The position numbers and the translations under genes were made by a program. 64,000 nt of DNA from Candidatus Ozemobacteraceae bacterium (GTDB lineage: Bacteria; Muiribacteriota; Ozemobacteria; Ozemobacterales; Ozemobacteraceae): NCBI GenBank assembly GCA_965140445.1, contig OZ223236.1, positions 3,520,001-3,584,000 on the forward strand, in the 5' to 3' direction. The notes below the pieces were generated by a model that ran no database searches, was not told the origin of the DNA, and saw only the letters and a program-made list of their open reading frames with translations. Positions within the stretch are counted from its first letter, which is position 1; every line of letters begins with the position of its first letter. Shown here piece by piece: positions 34,854-46,020 of this stretch.

Positions 34854-37800
34854 CTAATCTTCATCGCCATCTTCACTGGTAAATTCTGCAGACAGCAGAT
34901 CTTCTTCGCTGTCAGATGAGTCTTCAGTCCAAATTTCTTCATCTTCATCATCTTCTTCATCTACATCGATGTTGCTCTTAGCAAGTAGACTTTCATCTTC
35001 TTTTATAATGCTAACTTCTTTAGCATCCTTTTTAAGATCAACCTGTAGTCCAAGACTCTGAAGTTCAGAAACAACAACCTTAAATGATTCAGGAATGCCT
35101 GGCTTCATTATGGTTTTGCCCTTAATAATGGTTTCATAAACCTGAACACGACCTTCAACGTCATCCGACTTAACAGTCAGGATTTCCTGAAGAACATGAG
35201 CGGCACCATATGCTTCAAGGGCCCAAACTTCCATTTCTCCAAATCTCTGTCCACCAAACTGAGCCTTACCTCCGAGTGGCTGCTGAGTAACAAGACTGTA
35301 AGGTCCTGTGGAGCGGGCATGCATCTTGTCATCAACAAGATGGGCAAGCTTAAGAATGTAAATTATGCCAACCATAATTTTCTTATCAAAAGGTTCGCCA
35401 GTTCTGCCATCATAGAGAGTTGCTTTTCCTTCAAGGTCAACAAGTTTAAGAGGATCTTTGTCATAAGTCTCTTTGAGCTGTTTCATAACAAAGTCTTCAT
35501 TCTTGATATCACGGCCATTATTGAAAATTGAAGTGCAATATCTGCGAGCCTGCTTTTCAGCGGCCCAACCGAGATGAGTTTCAAGAACCTGTCCAACGTT
35601 CATACGAGAAGGAACACCAAGTGGATTCAGAATAATATCGATTGATCTACCATCAGCAAGGTAAGGCATATCTTCAACAGAAACGATTCTGGAAATAACA
35701 CCCTTGTTACCATGACGACCAGCCATTTTATCACCGACTGTGATCTTTCTTTTCTGAGCAACAAAAACACGAACGAGCTTGTTTACGCCATATTGAAGTT
35801 CATCTCCGTTATCTCTGGAGAAAACCATAACGTCAACAACCTTACCTTTTTCACCATGTGGAACAGTAAGAGAGGTATTTCTAACTTCACGTGCTTTTTC
35901 ACCAAAAATGGCTCTAAGAAGTTTGTCTTCAGCGGTAAGTTCAGTTTCTCCCTTTGGAGTTACCTTACCAACAAGAATATCGCCAGATTCAACTTCAGCA
36001 CCAATTCTAATGATTCCGTTTTCATCAAGATTTTTAAGAGCTTCTTCACCAACGTTTGGAATATCTCTTGTAATCTCTTCAGGTCCTAATTTGGTGTCTC
36101 TAGCATCAATTTCGTATTCTTCAATATGAATAGAAGTGAATACGTCATCTTTAACCAATCTGTCGGAGAGAATGATCGCATCCTCAAAGTTGTAGCCTTC
36201 CCATGGCATGAAAGCAACTAATACGTTTCTTCCAAGTGAGAGGTCACCTTGAGAGGTAGATGGACCATCTGCAAGAACAGTTCCTGGTTTTACTTTGTCA
36301 CCCAAATTAACAATAACCTTCTGGTTAATGCATGTTCCCTGGTTTGAGCGCATAAATTTTTGCAGTTTGTAAACATCGATAGATTCCTGTTGAAGTCTAA
36401 TTTCGTTACAAATTGCTTTAATTTTGCTTAAATAAGTAATATCAAGAGTCTGACCAGCTTCAATAATGATTTCGCCAGTAAGCTCATCAACTATTGTATC
36501 CATAACCTTACGGCCCTGGAATTTTCTGAAAGCAGGTTCAGCTACAGGAATTTTCTCATCGTCTTTACGTCGGCTGGCACGTTTAATTTTTACGCATTCA
36601 GCATCAACATAAACTACAGTACCACTACTTCTTGAAAGAAGAACCGCACCAGAGTCATGAGCTGCGATTGATTCAAGACCAGTTCCTACCAGAGGAGGCT
36701 CAGTTTGAATTAATGGAACAGCCTGACGTTGCATGTTCGTTCCCATCAAAGCACGGTTCGCATCATCGTGCTCGAGGAAAGGAATTAGAGCTGACGCAAC
36801 ACTAACCATCTGAAGTGGGCTGAATTTAATATATTCAACTTCACTTATTGGAAGATAATCAAATTCGTAATCATCGCTGAAATATTTTGCAGGAACAGCT
36901 GCATCGGAAATAAATCCGTCATCTGAAATTGCGGTATCAGGCTGAGCTACTTTGTATCTATCTTCATCATAAGCATCTTTATATTCCATATTGCGGAAGT
37001 TGATTTTTCCATTGGTTTGATCAACTTTGCAAAGTGGTGTAGTTAAGAAACCATAATCATCAACCTTGGCGTAAACAGCCAAGCTCGCGATTAGACCTGC
37101 GTTTGGACCTTCAGGCGTTTCAATTGGGCAAATTCTTCCGTCGTGAGTAGGATGAACGTCACGAACTTCGAAACCAGCTCTTTCTCTTTTCAATCCACCA
37201 GGCCCTAATGCTGAAAGTCTTCTCTTATGAGTTAACTCTGCAAGTGGGTTTGTCTGATCCATAAACTGTGAAAGCTGAGAACTACCAAAGAATTCATCAA
37301 CAACAGCCGAAACAGGTCTGGTATTAATAAGAAGCTGAGGAGTATAACTATCCAAATCATGAATAGTCATTCTTTCCTTAATAACTCTTTCCATTCGAGA
37401 AAGTGAAATTCTGAACTGGTTTTGTAGCAATTCGCCACATCTTCTAATTCTTCTGTTAGAAAGGTGATCAATATCATCGATTCTTCCAACGCCGTTTGAA
37501 AGATCAATTAAATATCTGATTACGCCAATAACATCTTCGATGCAAAGAACTCTATCTTTTTGAACTTTAACTTCTTCAATTCCAAGTTCTTTAATTCTAG
37601 CTACTGTTTCTTCGAAAAATTCTTCGCCCTGTTCTACAACGATTTCACCAGTATTTGAATCATAAACAGTTTCAAATGCTGTTCTACCAAGAAGATCTAC
37701 AATACCTTTTTCAACTTCTTCAAGATTAATTCTTGCATAAGCTGGGTTAAACATAATGCGGTATCCGCGATTATCTTCTCCAACTTTAATGAAAGAAGGA

Positions 37801-38933
37801 ACCTGAAGAGATTCAAGCATTGAAGCGTTATCTTTTGAAATTTTACAATTTGCAGGAACAAGAACTTCACCAGAAGCTGGATTGACAACATCTTTAAATG
37901 CGATCTGATCAGATAAACGATCAATAAGTCTTAGCTTTTTGTCAACCTTATAGCGGCCTACATCACCAAGGTCATATTTCTTCGAATCGAAGAAAAGACT
38001 GCGAATCAAAGCTCTGGCATTTTCTTCAACAAAGAGATCGCCCTGACGAAGTTTGCTAAAAATAGCTTTCAATGAATCTGTAACGGCTTTAGAAACCTTA
38101 TCTGGACCCTCAGCAACGCTAACAGCTTGTTTATCAAACTTAAGGGAGCTAACAATAGTTTCATTATCGTTAAATAGTTCAAGAATTTTTTCATCATCAG
38201 CATAACCAAGTGCTCTTAGGAACGTAGTTATTGGAATTTTTCTTTTACGATCTAATCGAACAAAAACAGCGTCCTTCATTAAATCCAGTTCAAATTCCAT
38301 CCAAGCTCCGCGATAAGGAACGATCTTGGCAGAATACATTTTCTTTGCTCTGTTAAAACTGAAATAAACTCCAGGAGAGCGATGAAGCTGACTAACAACA
38401 ACCCTTTCTGCACCGTTAATAATGAAGGTTCCGCGTTCTGTCATACATGGGAGGTTAACAAGGAAAATTTCCTGTTCTTTAACTTCGCCTGTCTGCTGCA
38501 TAATCAACTGCACTCTGATATTAAGTGGAATTGAATACGTCAAGTCGCGTTTACGACATTGATCAGGGCTGTGTTTCACTCTGAATGGTGTTTCGCCGAC
38601 AAATGCGATTTCACAATCTTTTTCGTGAAAACTACAATCATCGAATAAGCACTTTTTCCTCAATTTTGTTTGAGGACAATTCTTACACATTGGGAGTCCA
38701 AGGCTGTAATCATTAAATTCTAGACAAAGATTTCCGACGTAATCCTGTATAGGGAATACCTCTCGAAATACTTCCTCTAATCCGTGCTTATCTCTTTTTC
38801 CTGGATCTCTACCGGCTTGCAAAAACCATTCGAAGGATTTCAGCTGGATGTCGATAAGATTTGGAATGTTTTCAAACATTCTTTCTTTCGCCATCAGAAA
38901 CTTTTTGGTAACAGGCGTCTGCTTTGCAACCAT
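34854..38933 (-). CDS. rpoB: RNA polymerase beta subunit
   Basis: [43 protein letters not shown]. Confidence 0.99.
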   Translation of the reverse strand: MVAKQTPVTKKFLMAKERMFENIPNLIDIQLKSFEWFLQAGRDPGKRDKHGLEEVFREVFPIQDYVGNLCLEFNDYSLGLPMCKNCPQTKLRKKCLFDDCSFHEKDCEIAFVGETPFRVKHSPDQCRKRDLTYSIPLNIRVQLIMQQTGEVKEQEIFLVNLPCMTERGTFIINGAERVVVSQLHRSPGVYFSFNRAKKMYSAKIVPYRGAWMEFELDLMKDAVFVRLDRKRKIPITTFLRALGYADDEKILELFNDNETIVSSLKFDKQAVSVAEGPDKVSKAVTDSLKAIFSKLRQGDLFVEENARALIRSLFFDSKKYDLGDVGRYKVDKKLRLIDRLSDQIAFKDVVNPASGEVLVPANCKISKDNASMLESLQVPSFIKVGEDNRGYRIMFNPAYARINLEEVEKGIVDLLGRTAFETVYDSNTGEIVVEQGEEFFEETVARIKELGIEEVKVQKDRVLCIEDVIGVIRYLIDLSNGVGRIDDIDHLSNRRIRRCGELLQNQFRISLSRMERVIKERMTIHDLDSYTPQLLINTRPVSAVVDEFFGSSQLSQFMDQTNPLAELTHKRRLSALGPGGLKRERAGFEVRDVHPTHDGRICPIETPEGPNAGLIASLAVYAKVDDYGFLTTPLCKVDQTNGKINFRNMEYKDAYDEDRYKVAQPDTAISDDGFISDAAVPAKYFSDDYEFDYLPISEVEYIKFSPLQMVSVASALIPFLEHDDANRALMGTNMQRQAVPLIQTEPPLVGTGLESIAAHDSGAVLLSRSSGTVVYVDAECVKIKRASRRKDDEKIPVAEPAFRKFQGRKVMDTIVDELTGEIIIEAGQTLDITYLSKIKAICNEIRLQQESIDVYKLQKFMRSNQGTCINQKVIVNLGDKVKPGTVLADGPSTSQGDLSLGRNVLVAFMPWEGYNFEDAIILSDRLVKDDVFTSIHIEEYEIDARDTKLGPEEITRDIPNVGEEALKNLDENGIIRIGAEVESGDILVGKVTPKGETELTAEDKLLRAIFGEKAREVRNTSLTVPHGEKGKVVDVMVFSRDNGDELQYGVNKLVRVFVAQKRKITVGDKMAGRHGNKGVISRIVSVEDMPYLADGRSIDIILNPLGVPSRMNVGQVLETHLGWAAEKQARRYCTSIFNNGRDIKNEDFVMKQLKETYDKDPLKLVDLEGKATLYDGRTGEPFDKKIMVGIIYILKLAHLVDDKMHARSTGPYSLVTQQPLGGKAQFGGQRFGEMEVWALEAYGAAHVLQEILTVKSDDVEGRVQVYETIIKGKTIMKPGIPESFKVVVSELQSLGLQVDLKKDAKEVSIIKEDESLLAKSNIDVDEEDDEDEEIWTEDSSDSEEDLLSAEFTSEDGDED

Positions 38934-38981
38934 ATTCTGCCTTGCTCCTTAATTTAAATACATGTCTTACTTTGAGGATTT

Positions 38982-39030
38982 AACAAAAAGACAAAATAAA
39001 ATCGGGTTTCGCTTAACAAGGGAAACCCGA
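38982..39030 (-). terminator. terminator-like hairpin (possible attenuator) in rpoB leader
   Basis: TCGGGTTTC...GAAACCCGA 9-bp stem followed by TTTTATTTTGTCTTTTTG. Confidence 0.6.
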
Positions 39031-39160
39031 ACTTTGTACAGAGAAAATTGATAGAAAAATGTTTTCAGACAATCGATGCTTTTTTTCGATAATATAGATC
39101 AACGTCGGCTTAACTCCGAAAACTAAACAATTTATATACCAATCCGCGAAGTGGTTTCGG

Positions 39161-39189
39161 ATTATAACATCGGTGTTATCTTCAGTCAA
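39161..39189 (-). promoter_or_regulatory. rpoBC promoter
   Basis: TTGACT-17 bp-TATAAT with extended -10 TG. Confidence 0.8.
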
Positions 39190-39242
39190 GACTTTTTTAA
39201 AAATAATTTAGCAATTATCGTTCCAACTCTGTTAGCAAAAAA

Positions 39243-39272
39243 TTGATAAGAGGACTATTTTTGTAGTATAAT
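39243..39272 (+). promoter_or_regulatory. promoter of leaderless wHTH gene
   Basis: TTGATA-18 bp-TATAAT. ATG lies 6 nt after the -10 and has no SD. Confidence 0.65.
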
Positions 39273-39278
39273 CTACCA

Positions 39279-39971
39279 ATGCAAACGAACATTAACATAA
39301 CAAAAGCCTTTCTAGAAACTCCTGATGGCGTTTTATCCATTCATCAAATCTCGAAAAAATTAAAACTTCCTTATGGGACTGCCTACAATAGAGTTCATGC
39401 ACTTGAAAAGCTTGACATCCTACAAATTCTTCCGCAGGGCAAAGCAAAACTTTGCGCCCTAAACCCCGACAATCCAATGACAGGAGCTTTGCTAGCACTG
39501 GGAGCCTCACAAACGACTCACTCCATACTTGGCAATAACAACCCTAATGCATCAATTGCAAGAAAAATTTTAAAAATCATAAAAGAAAATAGCAGCAACA
39601 GCCTCCTGGTTTCAATATTACTTACCCCAGATTCTTTAAAACACTGCTCGGATGTAGGCGAAATCATGTACATAGATAACGATGAATCCAAAGAAATTCC
39701 TTTGGACTTTTTCTTTATAACGACTTCAGGAGAAACTTTTTCAAGCGAAGAAATTGAAAGAAATGTTTCTTCACTGTTTCCCCCTGGACTACCAATAAAA
39801 ACAACAGATATGACCGTTGACAAAGACACATTGCTTGGGATGTTTGGTGAATCCGAAAACGAGGCTGGTCTTTCAGCCTATCAAATGCTTCACGAAGGAA
39901 TAATTTTGACAGGGTTTGAAAATTTTTTCAACATCGTTCTTGAAGCTTTCCCGCGAAGGCTTGGAGCTTAG
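39279..39971 (+). CDS. winged-HTH protein with degenerate nucleotidyltransferase-like C-terminal domain
   Basis: SIHQISKKLKLPYGTAYNRVHALEK HTH plus wing GKAKLCALN. C-terminus GIILTGFENFF resembles HTH-MNT fusions. Confidence 0.65.
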   Translation: MQTNINITKAFLETPDGVLSIHQISKKLKLPYGTAYNRVHALEKLDILQILPQGKAKLCALNPDNPMTGALLALGASQTTHSILGNNNPNASIARKILKIIKENSSNSLLVSILLTPDSLKHCSDVGEIMYIDNDESKEIPLDFFFITTSGETFSSEEIERNVSSLFPPGLPIKTTDMTVDKDTLLGMFGESENEAGLSAYQMLHEGIILTGFENFFNIVLEAFPRRLGA

Positions 39972-39972
39972 A

Positions 39973-40611
39973 ATGAAAAAAACCTTAATCTGCTTATTAT
40001 TGATTTTCCTTTATTCCCAAAGCTTTGCTCAAACGGGTTCTGTTGCCCGCTCTTCTAATTTTGGCGATAAGAAGGAACGATTATCTGAAGTAACTGGCGA
40101 AAACCTGGGAGAAAAAAGAGCTACCAGTCCAGCTGATTCTTTTATTGCAATGGCAAAAAAGTTAATGGCAGAAGGCAAATACGCAGAAGCACTTGAAGCC
40201 CTTAGAACAGCGATAAGAATAGATCCGATGAATATGGAAGCATGGTCTTTATATGACGAAGCAGTAATCCAGGATTACACAAACACCATGCGAAAAAATA
40301 AATTAACGCCGGTTATAACACGTGATATTAAACCACTTTTCTCTATTACAAGAATAGATAGTTATATGGAACTAGACACCCTTTATGTCGTTGGCTCAGT
40401 AAAGAATCTATCCAAAGGCTTGCGACAGAAAATTTCCTTAACAGCAAAAATTCTCGATAAAAACAATAGAGAGCTTCGAGTGGAAACCGGCAACCTCAGA
40501 TTAACTGAGAGAGGTCTATTTCCAAATGAAAGCTCTCTATTTGAGATCCCCTTTAAAAATCCACCAAAAGGCGGACAAACTTACAGGGTAGAAGTTTCAG
40601 ATTACGAATAA
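39973..40611 (+). CDS. exported TPR plus FxLYD-like domain protein
   Basis: Signal peptide MKKTLICLLL...AQ, one TPR (GKYAEALEALRTAIRIDP), C-terminal VVGSVKN...ILDKNN...LFPNES. Confidence 0.7.
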   Translation: MKKTLICLLLIFLYSQSFAQTGSVARSSNFGDKKERLSEVTGENLGEKRATSPADSFIAMAKKLMAEGKYAEALEALRTAIRIDPMNMEAWSLYDEAVIQDYTNTMRKNKLTPVITRDIKPLFSITRIDSYMELDTLYVVGSVKNLSKGLRQKISLTAKILDKNNRELRVETGNLRLTERGLFPNESSLFEIPFKNPPKGGQTYRVEVSDYE

Positions 40612-40618
40612 AACAAAA

Positions 40619-40858
40619 TTATTCGTTTGGATCCATTAATCTAACAATTGTATGATGCCCGTCAAAAATTCTTGCGAGATGCACCATCGCTCCTACAAAG
40701 AATACAAAACCGATCCATCTAAGCCATGAATTCTCCATCATGTCTACCAGGTCTTTTTTAAATTCTTTCATTTCCTCTGGAAAAGCAAACATTAAGACAC
40801 CAGTTAAAGCTATAAAAGGAAGGGTAATCATCCAGAATATTTTTCTAAGAAACCACAC
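40619..40858 (-). CDS. small two-TM membrane protein, unknown function
   Basis: 79 aa, two hydrophobic segments, GTG start with GAGG SD. Confidence 0.65.
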   Translation of the reverse strand: MWFLRKIFWMITLPFIALTGVLMFAFPEEMKEFKKDLVDMMENSWLRWIGFVFFVGAMVHLARIFDGHHTIVRLMDPNE

Positions 40859-41064
40859 TTTTTAGGCCCTCGCTTAAGTTATTTATGATTAGTGAATCAT
40901 AACAAACAATTATTTCCATTGTAAACTTAGATTTTATTTTTTTTTTTTGTAACTCTTTTTCAAATTTGCGGTATACTCTAAATTCATAGAGAAGACTACA
41001 GATTTGTACCTTATTAGCCGAAGAAAGATATATATTAATTTTAAGAGATATTGAGGCCTTTAAC

Positions 41065-43521
41065 ATGGGTTGGTTTTCAAGAAAGCTTACAGATCCCGAA
41101 GAGGGCTTTGAAAGGCTACTTTCAAAAGACAAAAAGATTTCAGATCGGGCAAAAAAGGACTTTGTTTCAAACCTGAACCTTGGTTTGATAGAATTTTTAT
41201 GCGAAAAATTCGAAGAATCAGAAGAGCTTGAAATTCGAATGAGAATTCTGGAAATATTTGCTGATGCCAGAGATCAGCTTTCAGAAGATGATCTCCGACA
41301 AATATTAACTTTGATTAAATATCCTGATACTGTCCTTAGAGAAACTTTCAAAGAAGTCCTGGTAGGAATAACAGAAGAAAATCTTAAAGCTGTTACCGAA
41401 GTACTTTCCTCAACTATGGACAAGGACATTCATAGAACAATCCAGTATGGTATTGAAAAATCAGGGATTTTAAGTAAGCTTCTGAACAAATGGAAAGACT
41501 ATTCAGTCAAAGAACAGATTCTTTATCTGGAAGAAATTGTAAGACTGCAAAATCCTAAAACTTATCCTATTTTTCTGGATATTTTAAAAGAAGAAGTAAT
41601 TGAAGCCAAAAAAGAAGAAAAAAGAATTATACAGGTCGAGTTTGGCAAGCATGTAGACAAAATTAAGAGCCCTGACTTTCTTGAATTGTGCATTAAAGAG
41701 CTTCCCGCAATTGCACCTGTGATGAGATATCAGGTTTTTAAATGTCTTCAGATGCATGGTGAAATCTTTTTTGAAAAGGTTTTTGATGGACTAGGGAAAA
41801 AAAGTGAAGGCTTTCGACAGCACACACTAAAGCTAATGGAACAACTTTCTGATTACCGCTCTTATCCTTACTTGTTCCCTTTTCTACAAGATACTTACAA
41901 AGCAATCCCACCGATTGTAAGAGACACAATTGGGAAAATAGTAAAAGATTACTGTGAAGAGCTGGATGAAAAACCACCTGCAGAAATAAAATCAGAAGAG
42001 GTTCAAAAAAGAATAAATTTCTTCACCGAGCCATTGGAAAAAAATCTAAACGACCGCTTTTTTCATAGCATAAAACTGTTAACAGAGTGTCTGCTCAGAT
42101 TAGGTCGGCACGAAAACGACATTATACTCCGCAACTTTTCAAAAATCTTTCAGTATAACGAAAGCTATTTAAAAAGCTTTCTTAAAGGTTTAGAAGTTGG
42201 GCCGCGAAAGGATCTTCTGGTTAAGGCCTGCTGTTACAGCCAAACAGATACCGGTAGAACGGCGTTAAAAATTCTCGGCGACCCATCAGAAAATTATATT
42301 ATCGAAACTCTAAATACTCTTTTGCTTGAACATTTCATGGAAGTTCCACAGGAAATTCAGGCAGAAATCATAAATCTTATGATGGAACCAAGACTTCAAA
42401 GGTTTGTTCAGGAAGTTTTGTATCATCAGGATCCTGCCCTAAGGTCCAGAATTTTGTGGATTTTAGGCGAATCTGGATCTCAAAATGCTCTTAACATTTT
42501 AGAAACTAAGTTAAGAGATCCTGACTATTCAGTTAGAGAAAGCATTTTAAAGATTCTGGACATGGATCATTTCAAGAACATTGCTGGTACTGAAATGTTA
42601 ATGAACTTTCTAAAAGATACCGACTCCAGTATTGTCTTAAAAACGATTGAAGAACTAAAGGATCGTGATCATCCAAAAGTCATAGGCAATTTAACAAAGC
42701 TTTTATCAAGCAACAATCCAGAAATAAAAGATGCTGCACATAAAGCAATTGCTTATATTACACGCAGAAAATACATTTCCGGATTCGATAAAATGTCGGA
42801 TGAAACCAAGCTGGCAATAGGAACCTCTTTAATTCGAATGGATCCATCTTTTATGGAAGACATCACCCGAGATCTTTCGGCTTCTGATCAACGTACACGC
42901 GTTAGATCCGCCAAAATTCTTGAGGTTCTTTGTGATTTCATTCCAGTAGAACTAAAAACACACCTTATTGTAGCAATTCAGGATCCAGACCCTCATGTCA
43001 GAGCAGTTGTAATTATGGGTCTTGGAAAAATCGGTGGCCCATCTGTTTCTGGAATGTTAATCGGCTTTCTAAAAGATCAAGACGACAGGGTTAGAGCTAA
43101 CGCAGTTGAAGCTATGGCTGAAGTAGGCGATCTGTCACTCGCAGAAGAAATACTTCCCTGTTTATACGATGAAAACAATAGAGTTCGCGGCAATACAATT
43201 ACAACACTTTGGAAACTTGGCTATTACCAAATTTACGATGCAGTAATTGAAATGCTAAGAAATCCTGATAAATGGATGCGTGCTTCAGCAGCATTCGCTC
43301 TAGGTGAACTTAAAGATACAAGATTCTTTCCTGTTCTTCTACAATGCATGAGAGACCCTGAGCCCGATGTAAGGCGAAACGTAATTAAAGCCCTGGGTAA
43401 AATGGCTAATCCATTTACCCTTGCACCATATATTAGACCTTTGAGATTCGATCCAGACGAAGCTGTAAGAAAAGAAGTTATGGCTATTCTTACAGCAAAA
43501 CCACCTCAACCGAAAAGTTAA
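41065..43521 (+). CDS. HEAT/PBS-lyase repeat protein (818 aa)
   Basis: Repeated L-x-D-P-D-x-x-V-R motifs (DPDYSVRE, DPDPHVRA, DDRVRANAVEA, DPEPDVRR). Confidence 0.9.
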   Translation: MGWFSRKLTDPEEGFERLLSKDKKISDRAKKDFVSNLNLGLIEFLCEKFEESEELEIRMRILEIFADARDQLSEDDLRQILTLIKYPDTVLRETFKEVLVGITEENLKAVTEVLSSTMDKDIHRTIQYGIEKSGILSKLLNKWKDYSVKEQILYLEEIVRLQNPKTYPIFLDILKEEVIEAKKEEKRIIQVEFGKHVDKIKSPDFLELCIKELPAIAPVMRYQVFKCLQMHGEIFFEKVFDGLGKKSEGFRQHTLKLMEQLSDYRSYPYLFPFLQDTYKAIPPIVRDTIGKIVKDYCEELDEKPPAEIKSEEVQKRINFFTEPLEKNLNDRFFHSIKLLTECLLRLGRHENDIILRNFSKIFQYNESYLKSFLKGLEVGPRKDLLVKACCYSQTDTGRTALKILGDPSENYIIETLNTLLLEHFMEVPQEIQAEIINLMMEPRLQRFVQEVLYHQDPALRSRILWILGESGSQNALNILETKLRDPDYSVRESILKILDMDHFKNIAGTEMLMNFLKDTDSSIVLKTIEELKDRDHPKVIGNLTKLLSSNNPEIKDAAHKAIAYITRRKYISGFDKMSDETKLAIGTSLIRMDPSFMEDITRDLSASDQRTRVRSAKILEVLCDFIPVELKTHLIVAIQDPDPHVRAVVIMGLGKIGGPSVSGMLIGFLKDQDDRVRANAVEAMAEVGDLSLAEEILPCLYDENNRVRGNTITTLWKLGYYQIYDAVIEMLRNPDKWMRASAAFALGELKDTRFFPVLLQCMRDPEPDVRRNVIKALGKMANPFTLAPYIRPLRFDPDEAVRKEVMAILTAKPPQPKS

Positions 43522-43523
43522 AA

Positions 43524-46019
43524 ATGATTTGGCCGTTTAAAACAACAAAATCACCAGATATATTAATTAGAGAGCTTGAAAGTGATGATACTACTCTGAG
43601 AGAGACCGCTTTCAAGGACTTAATTGACCATTCTGATCCTGATACAGACAGGCTTGTATTGGGTGCTCTTGAAGCTTTTGACAGTTCTCCAAAGGAGCTA
43701 ATCCTTCCATTAATAGATATTGCTGGACAGCGACAAATTAATGAAGCTTTGCCAATATTTAAACTATTAATGGGTAATTCAGATTCTCAAATTCGGGAAA
43801 GCACTTTGCAGGCTTTGGTTGCAACTCAATCTCAGGACAGCCTTGATATTTTAATCTCTTTTCTTTCTTCTTCTGATGCAACCATAAAACAAAAGGTTAG
43901 AACTATAATCATTGAAAATTTTGGGGCCGATTCGCTTGGCGCACTAGTCCGGGCGGTTCCTGAAGACAATGAATCTCCATTGTATTTCGAGATTGTCTCT
44001 TTAATGGAAGATCTGGATCTTTTTGAGTTACTCAAAGAAAATTTCAATCATCCGGATATAAATGTAAGAGAATTTCATTTCAATACCTTGGTAAAATTCC
44101 ATCGTCCAGATTTTGTACCACTCTATTTAGAACTGTATGATGAAACTTCTTCAGAAATAAAATCAAAAATTGAAAAGGTTTTAAGTGATTTTTCTGTTCA
44201 AGAACTGATCCCCCCCTTTCAAATGGCTTTGGGAAAGGGGTCTCCTACAAGTGATTCAATATTTAAATTGAGCGAGTTGCTTATTTTTAGCCATTTTTCA
44301 GAATCAAGAGAACAGATCCTGGATCTTGCAATCAAAATTTCTGAACCCAGATTTCGTTTAAAAATACTTCCAAGTTTAATAAAAAAGCTAGACCCCTTTA
44401 CTTTCGAAAAAGGACTGGAATTGCTTAAAGACCCGGTAGCAGAAATACGCACTCACGCCCAGAATAGTCTTTCTTTGCTTGTAAAAATGACATATAAGCG
44501 CATGAAAGATAAAGATGAGCCAAATAAAATCGCACTTTCTAAACTTTATGATGGCTGGGAAAAAAAACTGACAGATTGGATCAAATCTTCTGATGGAGCT
44601 CCTGATTTTAAAAAAGGAGTAAGAAGGTTATTCTTCAGCCTGGCTCAGAACCGTCACGATCTACTAAAACCCCATTTTGGTGATTTCATATCTTCAAATT
44701 TCAACGAAACCTACCATTTTATCAAAGATTGGGATTTCAATGAGCAATTTGAACTATTTAGCTGGTTAGTGACTACGGACCCTGCTTACGGATCTCTTCT
44801 TTTAAGCGTCTTGCAGGGAAATCCTGATGAAAACTTCTGGCGAATATTATTGAAATTAATCGCATTCCTTGACCAGGAAGATAGAACAGCCTTTAAAAAG
44901 AGATTCCTGGCTCGAAATAGAAATATTTCCCTGGAAACCTTTCTGAAAGACCCGGATCCATCTGTTCGTGTTTCTGCCTTAGAGTTTGCGTCAGAGTTAA
45001 AGGTTAATGGTCTTGTTGATTTACTAAAGACCTCTACAAAAGATCCTTCGCCTCAAGTCAGACTTGGTGCAATTAAAAACCTTGTTAAACATAACTATCC
45101 TCAAGTTGAAAAAATTCTATCAGAAGCTACAAGTGATCCTGATGAATCCGTTGCTTTCTATGCACTTAAAGAATTGAAGGAAATTATTCCTACTAATAGA
45201 ATGGCACCTCATCTTGTAAAATTTCTTAATAGTAGTTCAGACCCAATTAGAAATTTTGCCCTTCAACAAATTGCACAAATTACTAAAGATCGGTACAAAT
45301 CCAATTTTAACAACCTGGCACCTAACATAAGAAAGCTTGCAGCAAAAGTTATCCAGAAAATTGACAGCGGTTTCTCGGATTCAATAATTTCAGAACTAAA
45401 TTCACTTGATCCTCAAACCAGACTTAAAGCCGCTCTTTTACTAGAGAATGTAACGGTTGATTCAAAGGGAAGAGAAGCACTTCTTGCAGCAATGAAAGAT
45501 CCTTCTAAACTTGTTAGAGCAGCTGTTATAAAAACTCTTGGTGTTATAGGAGACAACTCACTTATTAAACATCTGGTAGAATTCTTTAATGACCCAGATC
45601 CAAGAGTAAGAGCTAACACCATAGAAGCAGTTTCTTCCCTTGGCGATAGACAAGCGATTCAAGTGTTGCTCCCTTTTCTTCAAGATCCTAATAACCGAAT
45701 CAGAGCAAATGCAATTGTTGGTATAAACAGAATAGGTGGTTTTAATCTTACTCCTGTCTTGCAATCAATGCTAAAAGACACCAATATTAATATGATAGCG
45801 AGTGCTATCTGGGCAATTGGACAAATGAAAGACCCAAACCATCTGAATTTTCTATATCCCTTCTTAAACAATAAGAATGAAATGTTGAGATATAATACAA
45901 TCAGATCTATCTCTGAAATTAATCCCGATCTTCTAAAAGCTTATTTTCCAACCTTTCGAAAAGATCCTTCTTCTAAAATCAGAAAACTTATCGCTTCAAT
46001 AAGCCATAAGGTACTTTAA
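43524..46019 (+). CDS. HEAT/PBS-lyase repeat protein (831 aa)
   Basis: DPDPSVRV, DPSPQVRL, DPDPRVRANTIEA, DPNNRIRANA. Confidence 0.9.
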   Translation: MIWPFKTTKSPDILIRELESDDTTLRETAFKDLIDHSDPDTDRLVLGALEAFDSSPKELILPLIDIAGQRQINEALPIFKLLMGNSDSQIRESTLQALVATQSQDSLDILISFLSSSDATIKQKVRTIIIENFGADSLGALVRAVPEDNESPLYFEIVSLMEDLDLFELLKENFNHPDINVREFHFNTLVKFHRPDFVPLYLELYDETSSEIKSKIEKVLSDFSVQELIPPFQMALGKGSPTSDSIFKLSELLIFSHFSESREQILDLAIKISEPRFRLKILPSLIKKLDPFTFEKGLELLKDPVAEIRTHAQNSLSLLVKMTYKRMKDKDEPNKIALSKLYDGWEKKLTDWIKSSDGAPDFKKGVRRLFFSLAQNRHDLLKPHFGDFISSNFNETYHFIKDWDFNEQFELFSWLVTTDPAYGSLLLSVLQGNPDENFWRILLKLIAFLDQEDRTAFKKRFLARNRNISLETFLKDPDPSVRVSALEFASELKVNGLVDLLKTSTKDPSPQVRLGAIKNLVKHNYPQVEKILSEATSDPDESVAFYALKELKEIIPTNRMAPHLVKFLNSSSDPIRNFALQQIAQITKDRYKSNFNNLAPNIRKLAAKVIQKIDSGFSDSIISELNSLDPQTRLKAALLLENVTVDSKGREALLAAMKDPSKLVRAAVIKTLGVIGDNSLIKHLVEFFNDPDPRVRANTIEAVSSLGDRQAIQVLLPFLQDPNNRIRANAIVGINRIGGFNLTPVLQSMLKDTNINMIASAIWAIGQMKDPNHLNFLYPFLNNKNEMLRYNTIRSISEINPDLLKAYFPTFRKDPSSKIRKLIASISHKVL

Positions 46020-46020
46020 G

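Noticed and set aside
40845..41132. 95-aa minus-strand ORF
   Set aside because: Overlaps the HEAT gene start and an AT-rich divergent promoter region; no motifs.
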